Assembly (NCBI GenBank): GCA_963827685.1
Contig: CAWHBU010000002.1
Span: forward strand, 1,184,001-1,248,000
Reading direction: 5' to 3'
Source: an uncultured delta proteobacterium
GTDB lineage: Bacteria; Desulfobacterota; BSN033; UBA1163
DNA length: 64,000 nucleotides
The notes beneath the pieces were generated by a model. It was not told the DNA's origin, made no database searches, and was given only the letters and a program-made list of their open reading frames with translations. Made by a program: the position numbers and the translations under genes. Shown piece after piece: positions 11,066-20,127 of this stretch. Within the stretch, counting starts at the first letter, position 1, and each line of letters begins with the position of its first letter.

Positions 11066-11078
11066 ATGGGGGCGCTAC
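10998..11078 (+). repeat. REPIN-like element copy 3 with 20 bp palindrome insert
   Basis: Same element as 8467-8529 plus CCTGCCTGCCGGCAGGCAGG at 11012-11031. Confidence 0.85.
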
Positions 11079-11111
11079 AAATTCTACTGCAAATTTAAAG
11101 GAAGGACGTTA

Positions 11112-11939
11112 TTGAATCCTGAACCAACCCCTCCGGTCGCCATCCGTTTGACCAATGTGAAGAAATATTTCAAAGACCGTGATGTGGAAGCCCTGGATGG
11201 GATCAACCTCGAGGTCGCTCAGGGTGAGTTCGTCTCCCTCATCGGTCCGTCCGGATCGGGAAAGAGCACGCTTCTTGAGCTTTTGGGGGATATTGGCGAT
11301 GAGGGTGGTCCTACGGATGGAGAGATGCTTATCGAAGAGAAGACGCCCCAAGAACTGAGGCAAGCAAGAGGATATGGAATTGTCTTTCAAGATTCTACCC
11401 TCTTTCCCTGGTACCGAGTCTTTGAAAATTGCCTTTTGCCCTTTCGGATTGCGAAAAGCAAACTCCGAAAAGAAGAGCAAGTGAAGCGGATTGAATCGTT
11501 ATTGGAAATGGTAGGCTTGGACAGAAAATTCTGGTCTTATTATCCTAAAGAACTCTCTGGAGGAATGCAGCAGAGAGTGGCGATCGTCAGAGCCCTTGCT
11601 CTGGACCCTCCCCTTCTCTTGATGGATGAACCCTTTGGTGCTCTGGATGATCTCACTCGAAAATCGATGCAGATGCTTTTACTCGATATCTGGGCAAAAA
11701 CAAGAAAAACCATCCTGATGGTGACCCACTCGATTTCTGAGGCCTGTTTCATGTCAGACCGGGTAGTCGTCCTCTCCCACCGCCCTGGCCGTATCGTCCG
11801 TATGATCTCCATCCCCCTGGACAGACCCCGGGATCGATCCATGACAGAGACCAAGGCATTCGCCAGAATCTGCGGAATGGTAAGGGAGGCATTAGGTTCT
11901 GGAGGAGGATTGGAGGAGGATACGCTGATCAGAGAATAA
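11112..11939 (+). CDS. ABC transporter ATP-binding protein (SsuB/TauB type)
   Basis: GPSGSGKST, LSGGMQQR, LLLMDEPFGALD, VTHS. Confidence 0.95.
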   Translation: MNPEPTPPVAIRLTNVKKYFKDRDVEALDGINLEVAQGEFVSLIGPSGSGKSTLLELLGDIGDEGGPTDGEMLIEEKTPQELRQARGYGIVFQDSTLFPWYRVFENCLLPFRIAKSKLRKEEQVKRIESLLEMVGLDRKFWSYYPKELSGGMQQRVAIVRALALDPPLLLMDEPFGALDDLTRKSMQMLLLDIWAKTRKTILMVTHSISEACFMSDRVVVLSHRPGRIVRMISIPLDRPRDRSMTETKAFARICGMVREALGSGGGLEEDTLIRE

Positions 11940-11940
11940 C

Positions 11941-12019
11941 AGTTCGGAGTTCGGGGCGATGAGTTCGGAGTAAGAAATATTCAAAAAAACTCCGAACCCC
12001 GAACTAATTACTCCGAACG
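11941..12019. repeat. Inverted heptamer array (GTTCGGA / TCCGAAC)
   Basis: AGTTCGGAGTTCGGGG...AACTCCGAACCCCGAAC. Confidence 0.75.
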
Positions 12020-12179
12020 AGAGTTGTGAAACTCAGGATTTGACCTTACAAACACTGTCAAGTCAGGCAACCCCTCCTTCCTAAAATCTGGACTTCAAAA
12101 AAGTTGAGAAAAGGTGTATATTACAAACCGTAATCGAGATTTTAGGAGAAACATCGCAGCAGCATAAAAAATAATGTTT

Positions 12180-12314
12180 TTCGCAACTATAGGAATCTGT
12201 CGTATTGGAAATTCCTGCAGGATTCGTCTTCTTGTAATTGTTCATACAGAAAGAGGAGAAAAAATCAGAATAATAAGCGCAAGAAAAGCAACCAAGATAG
12301 AAAGGAAGCAATAA
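12180..12314 (+). pseudogene. BrnT-type toxin remnant
   Basis: FATIG...RLLVIVHTERGEKIRIISARKATKIERKQ* matches the BrnT C-terminus. No start codon or N-terminus. Confidence 0.7.
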
Positions 12315-12321
12315 GAAAAAA

Positions 12322-12522
12322 ATGCCAAAAGATCCAGACATGCTTGAAGAATATGATTTCAGCAAAGGTGTTCGGGGAAAATATGCAAAAAAGTATGCGG
12401 AGGGAACAAATGTTGTAGTCATCGAGCCCGATGTTGCGAAGATTTTCCCCGATCATGACTCTGTAAATCAAGCTTTGAGATCACTCGCAGAAATTATTAA
12501 ACGGCAAAAAAAGGTCGCATGA
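12322..12522 (+). CDS. BrnA-like antitoxin
   Basis: DMLEEYDFSKGVRGKYA...IEPDVAKIFPDHDSVNQALR, directly downstream of the BrnT remnant. Confidence 0.7.
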   Translation: MPKDPDMLEEYDFSKGVRGKYAKKYAEGTNVVVIEPDVAKIFPDHDSVNQALRSLAEIIKRQKKVA

Positions 12523-12591
12523 CAACGGGAGTGCTCAAGGCAACGTAGATGAGTGCCCAAGGGAGCGTAGGGAAGTCTGTAAATTAAGTAC

Positions 12592-12656
12592 GGACAAGCG
12601 CCTCTGGACTTCACAAAATAATTTAAAATATTTAAGTGCGCCCCCCAAAGGCCACC
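12592..12656 (+). repeat. ~65 bp direct repeat, copy 1
   Basis: GGACAAGCGCCTCTGGACTTCACAAAATAATTTAAAATATTTAAGTGCG...GGCCACC, near-identical to 17355-17417. Confidence 0.85.
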
Positions 12657-12709
12657 CCGGAAAAGGGTGAGTGGACCATGCGCTATGCCGTGAAAGGAGG
12701 AAAGAGACC

Positions 12710-13915
12710 ATGAGAAATAAGTTGATTGGTAGAAGAGATTTCATGAAATCAACACTCGCTGGGCTTGGCGGATTATTTTTTGTTCCTAAGATTGATATGA
12801 AACAGGAGTTGAGGGTTATTGATGCGAAGGGGAAGGAAAAGAAATTTGTTTACCGAACCCTTGGAAAGACGGGGATCAAGGTTCCAGTGGTCAGCATGGG
12901 GGTGATGAATACTGATGATCCGAACCTTGTCCGGGGGGCGCTGGATTCCGGTATGGTGATGCTCGACACCGCTCAAACGTATCGAAGAGGCCGAAATGAA
13001 GGAATGATTGGAGAGGTGCTTAAAGGACGTCCCAGGGATTCTTATGTCATTGCCACCACAGCGCGCCTCCCAAAGAATCAAATAACCGGTCTTTATACAG
13101 AAGAGGCAACCGAAGAAGCTTTTCTTAAGAAAGTGGACAGCAGCCTTAAAAATTTAGGACTGGACTATGTAGACATTTATCACCATAACGACGTACGGAA
13201 GAAAGAGTCGGCCCTGTATGAACCCATTTTGAAAGCATTGGAAAAGGTGAAAAAGGAGGGGAAGGCTCGCTTTGTAGGGATCACCACCCACATGAATGAG
13301 CCAGAGGTCATTGGTGCAGCCGTCGATTCGAAATTCTACGATGTGATTTTGACATCCTATCATTTTCAACAGAAGCATTACGCTGAGGTGAGAAATGCTA
13401 TTGCCGGAGCAGCGCAGGCTGGCATTGGAATTGTTGGAATGAAAGCCATTCGAGGCTGGTCCAGGCAGACTCCCTCTGTGAAGAACGCGGCCACAGCCCT
13501 GAAGTGGGTTCTCCAGGACCCAAACGTACATACCATCGTCCCTGGATTCACGACATTTGAAGAGATGAATATTGACCTCAACGTTATGGAAGATCCCTCC
13601 CTGACAGATTCTGAAAAGAAAGACCTGCAAAAGGAGGTTTCCCTGCCTGGATTATACTGTCAGGGTTGCAGGCAATGTTTGGGGCAATGTCCGGAGCACC
13701 TACCTATCCCTGATTTAATGCGCGCCTATATGTATACTCATGGCTATCGTAATCTTACACATGCTCAAGATCTCATATTGTCCCTGAATCTTCCCACCAG
13801 GGTTTGTGAGGATTGTTCTCAGTGCCAGGTGAGATGTTCGATTGGATTTAACGTTTCTGGTAAGATTCGAGATGTAGTCCGTTTAAGAGATATTCCGCCG
13901 GCGTTCATTGGATAA
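12710..13915 (+). CDS. Aldo/keto reductase with Tat signal and C-terminal Fe-S domain
   Basis: RRDFMK twin-arginine, YRTLGKTG, DTAQTY, SLKNLGLDYVD, CQGCRQCLGQCP. ATG 12710 follows AAGGAGG. Confidence 0.9.
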   Translation: MRNKLIGRRDFMKSTLAGLGGLFFVPKIDMKQELRVIDAKGKEKKFVYRTLGKTGIKVPVVSMGVMNTDDPNLVRGALDSGMVMLDTAQTYRRGRNEGMIGEVLKGRPRDSYVIATTARLPKNQITGLYTEEATEEAFLKKVDSSLKNLGLDYVDIYHHNDVRKKESALYEPILKALEKVKKEGKARFVGITTHMNEPEVIGAAVDSKFYDVILTSYHFQQKHYAEVRNAIAGAAQAGIGIVGMKAIRGWSRQTPSVKNAATALKWVLQDPNVHTIVPGFTTFEEMNIDLNVMEDPSLTDSEKKDLQKEVSLPGLYCQGCRQCLGQCPEHLPIPDLMRAYMYTHGYRNLTHAQDLILSLNLPTRVCEDCSQCQVRCSIGFNVSGKIRDVVRLRDIPPAFIG

Positions 13916-13917
13916 TA

Positions 13918-13987
13918 AATCCCTCCCGGCCTCCCTTTTGGGAAAGGGGAGGAAACAATTTGTTCCTCCTTTCGTAAAGGGGGATTT
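13918..13987. repeat. C/G-rich hairpin repeat (CCCTTT..AAAGGGG family)
   Basis: CCTCCCTTTTGGGAAAGGGGAGG and CCTCCTTTCGTAAAGGGGG. Related hairpins at ~22960, 30818, 34609, 39294 and 41569. Confidence 0.7.
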
Positions 13988-14163
13988 GAGTTTTCGAAAA
14001 AGTCGCGATTTGATATTCATATATTCAGTTGGAAGCGATACAAGCTTTCACTCGGTAATCTTCAATTCCTTTGGCATCGGGTAGCTGAACATTCGTAGGT
14101 GGAAACGGTAACCTGGTTTCTTATCTCTTCCTTCCTCCTACCAGTAATTGTGTTATAGAGAGA

Positions 14164-14716
14164 GTAAAGAACCCCGCCTACAAGGCGGGGCTTTAAAACC
14201 CTTAAAACAATTTTAGTTGCTTACCATGAACCTCGTCTCGATGATATTTGATGTAGCGCTTGATCAAATCCGCCGTGATTTTATCCCCCACGGTCCTCGC
14301 AAAATACCCATCCTCCCAAAATTCCCCTCCCCAAAGCTCTTTCTTCACTTCCGGAAATTCCTCAAATATCTGACTCGCAGAAATACTCTTCAGCATCCCT
14401 ACTACCCGTGCAATCGAATATCTCGGCGGAAAACTCAAGAATATATGAACATGATCCGGTGCCACTCTCATCTCCTGAATGTCAAAACCATAATTTTCTG
14501 CAACTTCTCCAAATATCTCCTGCGCCTTATCCCTGATATCTTGTCTCTTAATCCATTTCCGATACTTCGGCGCCCATACCAAGTGATATTTTGTGTCATA
14601 GACAGCGTGAGCAGCTCTTCGGATAGTCATGCACTTTCATATACCACATTTTTCTGCCTTCAGCAGACGCATCTTTCATCCCCGTCCACAGGAAGGGGTT
14701 TTCAGATGCGATTTTA
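14164..14716 (-). mobile_element. IS200/IS605-family element B (tnpA only)
   Basis: End hairpins CCCCGCC-TACAA-GGCGGGG and CCCCGTCCACAGGAAGGGG. Same terminal GTAAAGAACCCCG and same TTTAT target as element A. Confidence 0.9.
14202..14630 (-). CDS. tnpA: Y1 HUH transposase
   Basis: HAVYDTKYHLVWAPKYR, DHVH, LWGGEFWEDGYF, YIKYH. Confidence 0.95.
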   Translation of the reverse strand: MTIRRAAHAVYDTKYHLVWAPKYRKWIKRQDIRDKAQEIFGEVAENYGFDIQEMRVAPDHVHIFLSFPPRYSIARVVGMLKSISASQIFEEFPEVKKELWGGEFWEDGYFARTVGDKITADLIKRYIKYHRDEVHGKQLKLF

Positions 14717-15039
14717 ATAAACTAGAGAGAGTGAAAGGCAGGAGAACGAACTTCTTCCTGGGTCAAGAGCCCTAACTTCAGTGTGTTCCCTGCCTCAAAT
14801 GCCCCTCTCGCGCTGCTGACACCACTCCTGCCGAAATCCCCCTCTCCACCGACACAACACGTTGTACACCTGCTTGACATGCAAGGCCGCTTCTCTTATT
14901 CTTGTCTCAGCAAGTTCTTATTAGAAAAATCAAATAGAATCAGAATATCAGAAGAAAGAATGAGATCAGACAGATCACGGAGTCAGGACTTTCTGGTAGT
15001 GGTGCCGGGTTCAGAACCGAAAGTCCGATAGGCTCCTAG

Positions 15040-15180
15040 CGCAATGAAACGCTACTCGGAAGCGAAGAGTTCATAGATAACCTTGAACCCATAATGGAGC
15101 AGATGCTTAGGTAACTAAAGTCGGAACCGAAAAGAAACAGATCGACGAATTGAGAATGAATATCCCCCGCATTCTTCCCC
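15040..15180 (+). pseudogene. Possible decayed C-terminus of a REP-associated tyrosine transposase (RAYT)
   Basis: Translates LLGSEEFIDNLEPIMEQMLR*LKSEPKR, resembling RAYT tails of the form PLGSxxFIxxLExxLGRxL...K(P/R)GxK. Confidence 0.35.
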
Positions 15181-15211
15181 AGTTACGCCAATCAGGCAAA
15201 GGAGATCGATA

Positions 15212-17350
15212 GTGCACACCACAGTGAATAGAACTGATAGGCCAGACGCATCCTACTCTAGCAAGACTGCCGACAGAATCGACAAGGATGGCCACCCGTG
15301 GGAGGTAATTGCGCTTGTCACAGTACTCATCTTTGCTCTAGTGTTCCGTTTGTGGGGCTTAGATCAGAATGGGTGGGGTGCCGAGTATTATACCGCCGCG
15401 GTACGGAGCATGGTAATGAACTGGCACAACTTCTTTTACACCGCCTTTGACCCGGCCGGGTTCATCTCCGTTGACAAGCCTCCGGTCGCACTATGGCTTC
15501 AGGTCATCAGCGTTAAGTTGTTCGGCTTCCATCCTTTGAGCATCCTCATGCCCCAAGTCCTTGAGGGCGTCGGTTCGGTTTGGATCCTCTTTCATCTGGT
15601 GCGGCGCCGTTTTGGCGCATCAGCCGCCTTGCTGTCGGCCCTTTTCCTTGCCATTACACCAGTATGGGTCGCAGTCAACCGCACAAACAATACCGATAGT
15701 TGCCTTGTGCTGGTTCTCCTGCTGGCCACTTGGGCTCTGTTGAAGGCGGCTGAAGAAGGAAATCCGGCACTGCTGTTCTTGTCCGCTGCGCTGATCGGCC
15801 TCGCGTTCAATGTCAAGATGCTGGCGGCTTACGTCGTGCTTCCAACCTTCTTTGTGGTGTACTTTTTCGGTGCGCCTCAGCACTGGCAGCGTCGGCTCAT
15901 TCACCTGGGAATGGCTACGATCATTGTGGTCGCAACGTCTCTGCCTTGGGTCCTTATGTACGAATTGACGCCGGCGGAGGCCAGGCCGTTCGTTGGCAGC
16001 AGTCATCGAAACTCGATGTTGGAATTGGTGGTCGGCCATAACGCCATGAATCGATTCGTATCACCGGCGAAATATTCAAGGGCCGACACGCACGGACAGG
16101 GGACGCCGAGGGCGGCAAACGCGGGTACAGAATCACCTCTCGGAGCGCGTGCAGAGGGCAGGACTTTCAATGAATTATCGCGGCTCTTCGTGCGCACCCC
16201 GACAGGCCCGCTACGGCTGGCTGCCGGTCAACTCGCCGGACAGGTCGGGTGGCTATTCCCATTTGCAGCCATTGGACTCCTCCTGGGTGCGCGTCAAAAC
16301 AGATTTCGTAGACCGCTCACCTCGAGACATCTGTCCCTGCTGTTTTGGTGCTGCTGGACCTTAACCTACGCTGGCGTGTATAGCTATTTGGGCGGCATCA
16401 TACATTTTTATTATCTTTCAACCATGGCGCCTGCTTTGGCGGCGTTGGCCGGCATTGGTATTGTGAGCTTGTGGACTGATTACCGTCAAAGGACTTTATA
16501 TGCCGCCCTTCTCCCGGTGACTCTGCTGATGACGGCTGTCTGGCAGCTCTATATCCAGGCGAGTGCCCTCGGTTGGTCACTCAACCAGTTCACAGACCTG
16601 TCGAACAATTGGCTGAGCTGGCTTCATATCGCGTTAACTGGCGGGACCCTCGTCGCTGCCGCAGGGTTGCTTCTGATTCGGTTTCAGAGTGCATCAAACC
16701 AGGCAACTTATGGTCTTGCCGTGGGCTCGCTCACAATCGGGCTCACGGCGGTACTGGTACTCCCTGTCGCGTGGGCATTAAGCAGTGTGTTCCTGCCCGG
16801 TCAGGGTGTGCTTCCCTCATCAGACCTGTACCGGCTAGTAGCTGTTTTCGGCAATGACGGCCCGCGTGTACGCGCTAAGCCTAGGCAGTCAGTAGACATC
16901 TCGAAACTGGTTGCTTTCCTAAAAGCTAACCGCAAAAGTGAACGCTACTTGCTAGCGACCTCAACTACCGAGCTTGCCGCTCCGATCATTATCAGCACGG
17001 GCCAGCCCGTGATGGCAAGAGGTGGTTTCCATGGACTTGATCCCGCTCTAACCCCGGAGACGCTCGCGCGAATGGTTGAGGCCAAGCAGATTCGTTTTGT
17101 GATGATTGGTGACGTTGCGATCGTCAGTCGGAGGATGGGCGCCCGCACAGCCGGGAAATGGGTTGCTGGTTGGGTGCGAGCGAACGGCAAGCTCGTAGAT
17201 CCAGCTTTGTGGCGAACAATCCGTACGACGCACGGCATGCAACTTTATGACCTGCGACCTGAGACCGGCCTTGTTCTGACTTCATCGATCACGGGTGAGC
17301 GTAATGGTCAAATAGAGGGGAACGTCACTGTAGTTAAGCCTGTTAAATAA
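15212..17350 (+). CDS. GT-C membrane glycosyltransferase (GT39/ArnT/PMT_2, YkcB-like)
   Basis: YYTAAVRSM, FISVDKPP, NNTD, GLAFNVKML, many TM helices, PVMARGGF. Confidence 0.9.
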   Translation: MHTTVNRTDRPDASYSSKTADRIDKDGHPWEVIALVTVLIFALVFRLWGLDQNGWGAEYYTAAVRSMVMNWHNFFYTAFDPAGFISVDKPPVALWLQVISVKLFGFHPLSILMPQVLEGVGSVWILFHLVRRRFGASAALLSALFLAITPVWVAVNRTNNTDSCLVLVLLLATWALLKAAEEGNPALLFLSAALIGLAFNVKMLAAYVVLPTFFVVYFFGAPQHWQRRLIHLGMATIIVVATSLPWVLMYELTPAEARPFVGSSHRNSMLELVVGHNAMNRFVSPAKYSRADTHGQGTPRAANAGTESPLGARAEGRTFNELSRLFVRTPTGPLRLAAGQLAGQVGWLFPFAAIGLLLGARQNRFRRPLTSRHLSLLFWCCWTLTYAGVYSYLGGIIHFYYLSTMAPALAALAGIGIVSLWTDYRQRTLYAALLPVTLLMTAVWQLYIQASALGWSLNQFTDLSNNWLSWLHIALTGGTLVAAAGLLLIRFQSASNQATYGLAVGSLTIGLTAVLVLPVAWALSSVFLPGQGVLPSSDLYRLVAVFGNDGPRVRAKPRQSVDISKLVAFLKANRKSERYLLATSTTELAAPIIISTGQPVMARGGFHGLDPALTPETLARMVEAKQIRFVMIGDVAIVSRRMGARTAGKWVAGWVRANGKLVDPALWRTIRTTHGMQLYDLRPETGLVLTSSITGERNGQIEGNVTVVKPVK

Positions 17351-17354
17351 ATAT

Positions 17355-17417
17355 GGACAAGCGCCTCGGGACTTCACAAAATAGTTTAAAATATTTAAGT
17401 ACGTCCCCAGGGCCACC
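17355..17417 (+). repeat. ~65 bp direct repeat, copy 2
   Basis: GGACAAGCGCCTCGGGACTTCACAAAATAGTTTAAAATATTTAAGTACG...GGCCACC. Confidence 0.85.
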
Positions 17418-17495
17418 TTTTTGGAAGCACACTTACCTGCCGACTGAATGCAACATCAAGGTAAAGTCGTCCCCCCTCTGGACTCCATCAAGGCA

Positions 17496-18776
17496 TCACA
17501 AAAATCTTTTTGCCTTTGGTCGGCGAAGCCACCAAAATCCAAAGCCAAAGATGACGATCAGTCCGCAAAGGATTCCAACCAGGATTGGCCAGGGAGGAAT
17601 TAGGCTCTTCTCCACATCCGAAGACGCAAGGAGATTGACTTCTTTGGCCACCTTGCCTTCGTTTTGGACAAGAACTCTTGCTACCACCTGACCTTTTTGA
17701 ATAGGAGCAACGACAAATTGTGGCAATTGGGGAACAACGGAAACTAAATTTTCCTTGCCCTTCCCCACAGTCACCCACCCCTCCTCTGCAGCGGTCAGAA
17801 CAAGCTGATTCAACTTTCCTCTCTTCACCTTCACAGGGCCAAATGTTGCACCCTTCTTAACTCCTTCTACTGTGGAGAAATTCTTAAAACCATATTCCAA
17901 TAGTTTCTGCGCCTCGGGCCCCCTTTTCCTCATCTTGTCGCAACCCATCACCACAGCAATCATCCTCTGTCCATCCCTCTTCGCTGTGGCGGTCAGATGA
18001 TAACCCGCTTCCTGAACATGTCCTGTCTTTAATCCATCCACCCCAATGTTTTTTTGGAGAAGGGTATTTCGATTTTCCTGATGAATGCCATTGTATTCGA
18101 ATTCAACCGTGGAATGGTAGACGAGTGCCTCCGGATGGTCCTCAATATAACGTTTCGCCAATATCGCCATCTCCATGGCCGTAGTATACTGACCGTCGGC
18201 AGGCATCCCATCGGAGTTCTTGAACTGAGAATCTTTGAGTCCCAGGAGCTTGGCTTTTTCATTCATCTTTTCAGCGAAGGCTTCCTCTGATCCCGACAGG
18301 TGTTCTGCCAGGGCGACGCACGCATCATTTCCGGAAGCGATAGCGACCCCCTTCAATAGATCCTCAATCTTGACCCGCTCTCCGACCTTGAGGAACATCG
18401 TTGAGCTATTGCTTTTATACGTTCTTTTCCAAGCCTTTTCACTCACTGTCACCATATCATCCATCTTCAATTGGCCTGCACGAATGGCATCAAGAACAAC
18501 ATAGAGGGTCATGACTTTGACGAAACTGGCAGGGGGAATTTTCAAATTGGGGTCCTGTTCATAAAGAACTTGGCCCGTGAGGCCATCCATCAAAAGTGCG
18601 GATCGGGCGTCGCATCGAAGGCTCCCTGAGGTCGCCTGGTTGGCTTGCTCCGTTTTGGTCCTCTCTGGAGTTTTTGCACTATGTGAGGCTTTGTGGGTCT
18701 TTGAGGTCTTAGTGGTCTTGGAAAGGATCTGGTTTGGAAAGATAATTAAAAATACAATCAGAAACAGGATGATCAT
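17496..18776 (-). CDS. dacA: D-alanyl-D-alanine carboxypeptidase (PBP5/S11)
   Basis: PASFVK (SxxK), SGN, GLKTG, PBP5_C domain, C-terminal TM anchor. Confidence 0.93.
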   Translation of the reverse strand: MIILFLIVFLIIFPNQILSKTTKTSKTHKASHSAKTPERTKTEQANQATSGSLRCDARSALLMDGLTGQVLYEQDPNLKIPPASFVKVMTLYVVLDAIRAGQLKMDDMVTVSEKAWKRTYKSNSSTMFLKVGERVKIEDLLKGVAIASGNDACVALAEHLSGSEEAFAEKMNEKAKLLGLKDSQFKNSDGMPADGQYTTAMEMAILAKRYIEDHPEALVYHSTVEFEYNGIHQENRNTLLQKNIGVDGLKTGHVQEAGYHLTATAKRDGQRMIAVVMGCDKMRKRGPEAQKLLEYGFKNFSTVEGVKKGATFGPVKVKRGKLNQLVLTAAEEGWVTVGKGKENLVSVVPQLPQFVVAPIQKGQVVARVLVQNEGKVAKEVNLLASSDVEKSLIPPWPILVGILCGLIVIFGFGFWWLRRPKAKRFL

Positions 18777-18957
18777 CCAACCATTTTTTTCCGAAAATCA
18801 ATCATCTTTTTTCTCCTCCGAGTTTGCCCAGAAATTTTTCAAAGAGAATTATTCTTAACAGATTCAATTCCCATTTTCAATCTGAATATTGAAATAACCC
18901 GCCATCTTGGTTAGACTGAAATGTTAATAAACACTTTTATATAAACTCTGAATTTCC

Positions 18958-20097
18958 ATGGATAAAGAAACTTCTCTTTTGAAAATACTAAAGCAATTCG
19001 AGACGATCACTTCTGAGGGATATCGAGAAATCGCCTCTTCCCTCCCAAAGGACCGTGTTCCCATCGGCTTTTTCTGCCCCTATGTTCCTGAAGAGCTCAT
19101 CCATGCAGCCGGTGCGCTTCCGTTCCGGCTCATGGGCACGGCCATCAAGATGTCCCATGTCCAGGCACATCTTCCAGCCAACTGCTGCCATCTGGTTAAA
19201 TCTTCCCTCGAAAGCTTACTCCAAGGGGATCTCGATTTTTTAAAGGGAATCATTTTCAGCCATACCTGCGACGCCATGCAAGGGCTTGCCGATATCTGGG
19301 CTCTTCAGAGACGGATCCCTCTTCAATTCAATCTGATGATACCCTCACGTTTAGATTCCGAGCCGTCCCGCACTTACTTAAAGTCAGAGATAGAACGATT
19401 TAAGAACTTTCTGGAATCCAACGTGGGAAAAATCACTCCCCAGAGCCTCAAGGCCTCTATCCAGCTTTTTAATCGTATCAGGGAAAAACTCCGAGAGATT
19501 TACGCCCGCAGGCCAAAATGGTATAAACAAATCTCCGGGAGTGACTTTGCGCGGATCATTCGAGCAGGCTATCTGATTGATCGTCAACGATACCTCGAAC
19601 TCTTGAACGAATTTCTGGATGCGTTACCCAAAAAAGCAGAGGTGAGTGAAAATCCAGTTCCTGTTTATCTTGCTGGAAATATGATCCATGATGATCCCTA
19701 TTTCTCTTTAATCGAAGAGGCGGGTGCTGTCGTCGTCCAAGACGATCTTTGTAGCGGAACGCGATTTCTCCGCCTCATGGTCCCGGAAGATATTGATCCA
19801 ATGGAAGGACTCACCAATCGTTATCTGACATCCTTTATGTGCCCCACTAAGCATCAAGGGGCCTATGCCCATGGTGAGACCCTTTTAAAGGAGGTTCAAA
19901 AATCCGGGGCAAAAGGGGTCATCTTTCTTCTTTACAAATATTGTGAAACCCATTTTTTTGATTATCCGGATTTGAAACAGGCCCTTGAATCGAAAGGGAT
20001 TCCAACACTTCTTCTCGAAGTGGAAGACCCATCCTATTCCGTTGGGCAACTGAAGATCCGGGTTCAGGCTTTCATAGAAATGTTAAGCCCTATTTAA
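18958..20097 (+). CDS. 2-hydroxyacyl-CoA dehydratase / benzoyl-CoA reductase family subunit (HgdB/BcrC-like)
   Basis: CPYVPEELIHAAG, HTCDAM, DDLCSGTR, KYCE, RVQAFIEM. Confidence 0.88.
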   Translation: MDKETSLLKILKQFETITSEGYREIASSLPKDRVPIGFFCPYVPEELIHAAGALPFRLMGTAIKMSHVQAHLPANCCHLVKSSLESLLQGDLDFLKGIIFSHTCDAMQGLADIWALQRRIPLQFNLMIPSRLDSEPSRTYLKSEIERFKNFLESNVGKITPQSLKASIQLFNRIREKLREIYARRPKWYKQISGSDFARIIRAGYLIDRQRYLELLNEFLDALPKKAEVSENPVPVYLAGNMIHDDPYFSLIEEAGAVVVQDDLCSGTRFLRLMVPEDIDPMEGLTNRYLTSFMCPTKHQGAYAHGETLLKEVQKSGAKGVIFLLYKYCETHFFDYPDLKQALESKGIPTLLLEVEDPSYSVGQLKIRVQAFIEMLSPI

Positions 20098-20127
20098 ATA
20101 TTGGGCAAAGCGCATCGTGTAAGAATG

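Noticed and set aside
14156-14732. 10 bp direct repeat TAGAGAGAGT on both sides of IS element B, resembling a target-site duplication
   Set aside because: IS200/IS605 elements do not make TSDs. The left copy overlaps the element end, the right copy is offset from the junction, and element A has no equivalent.
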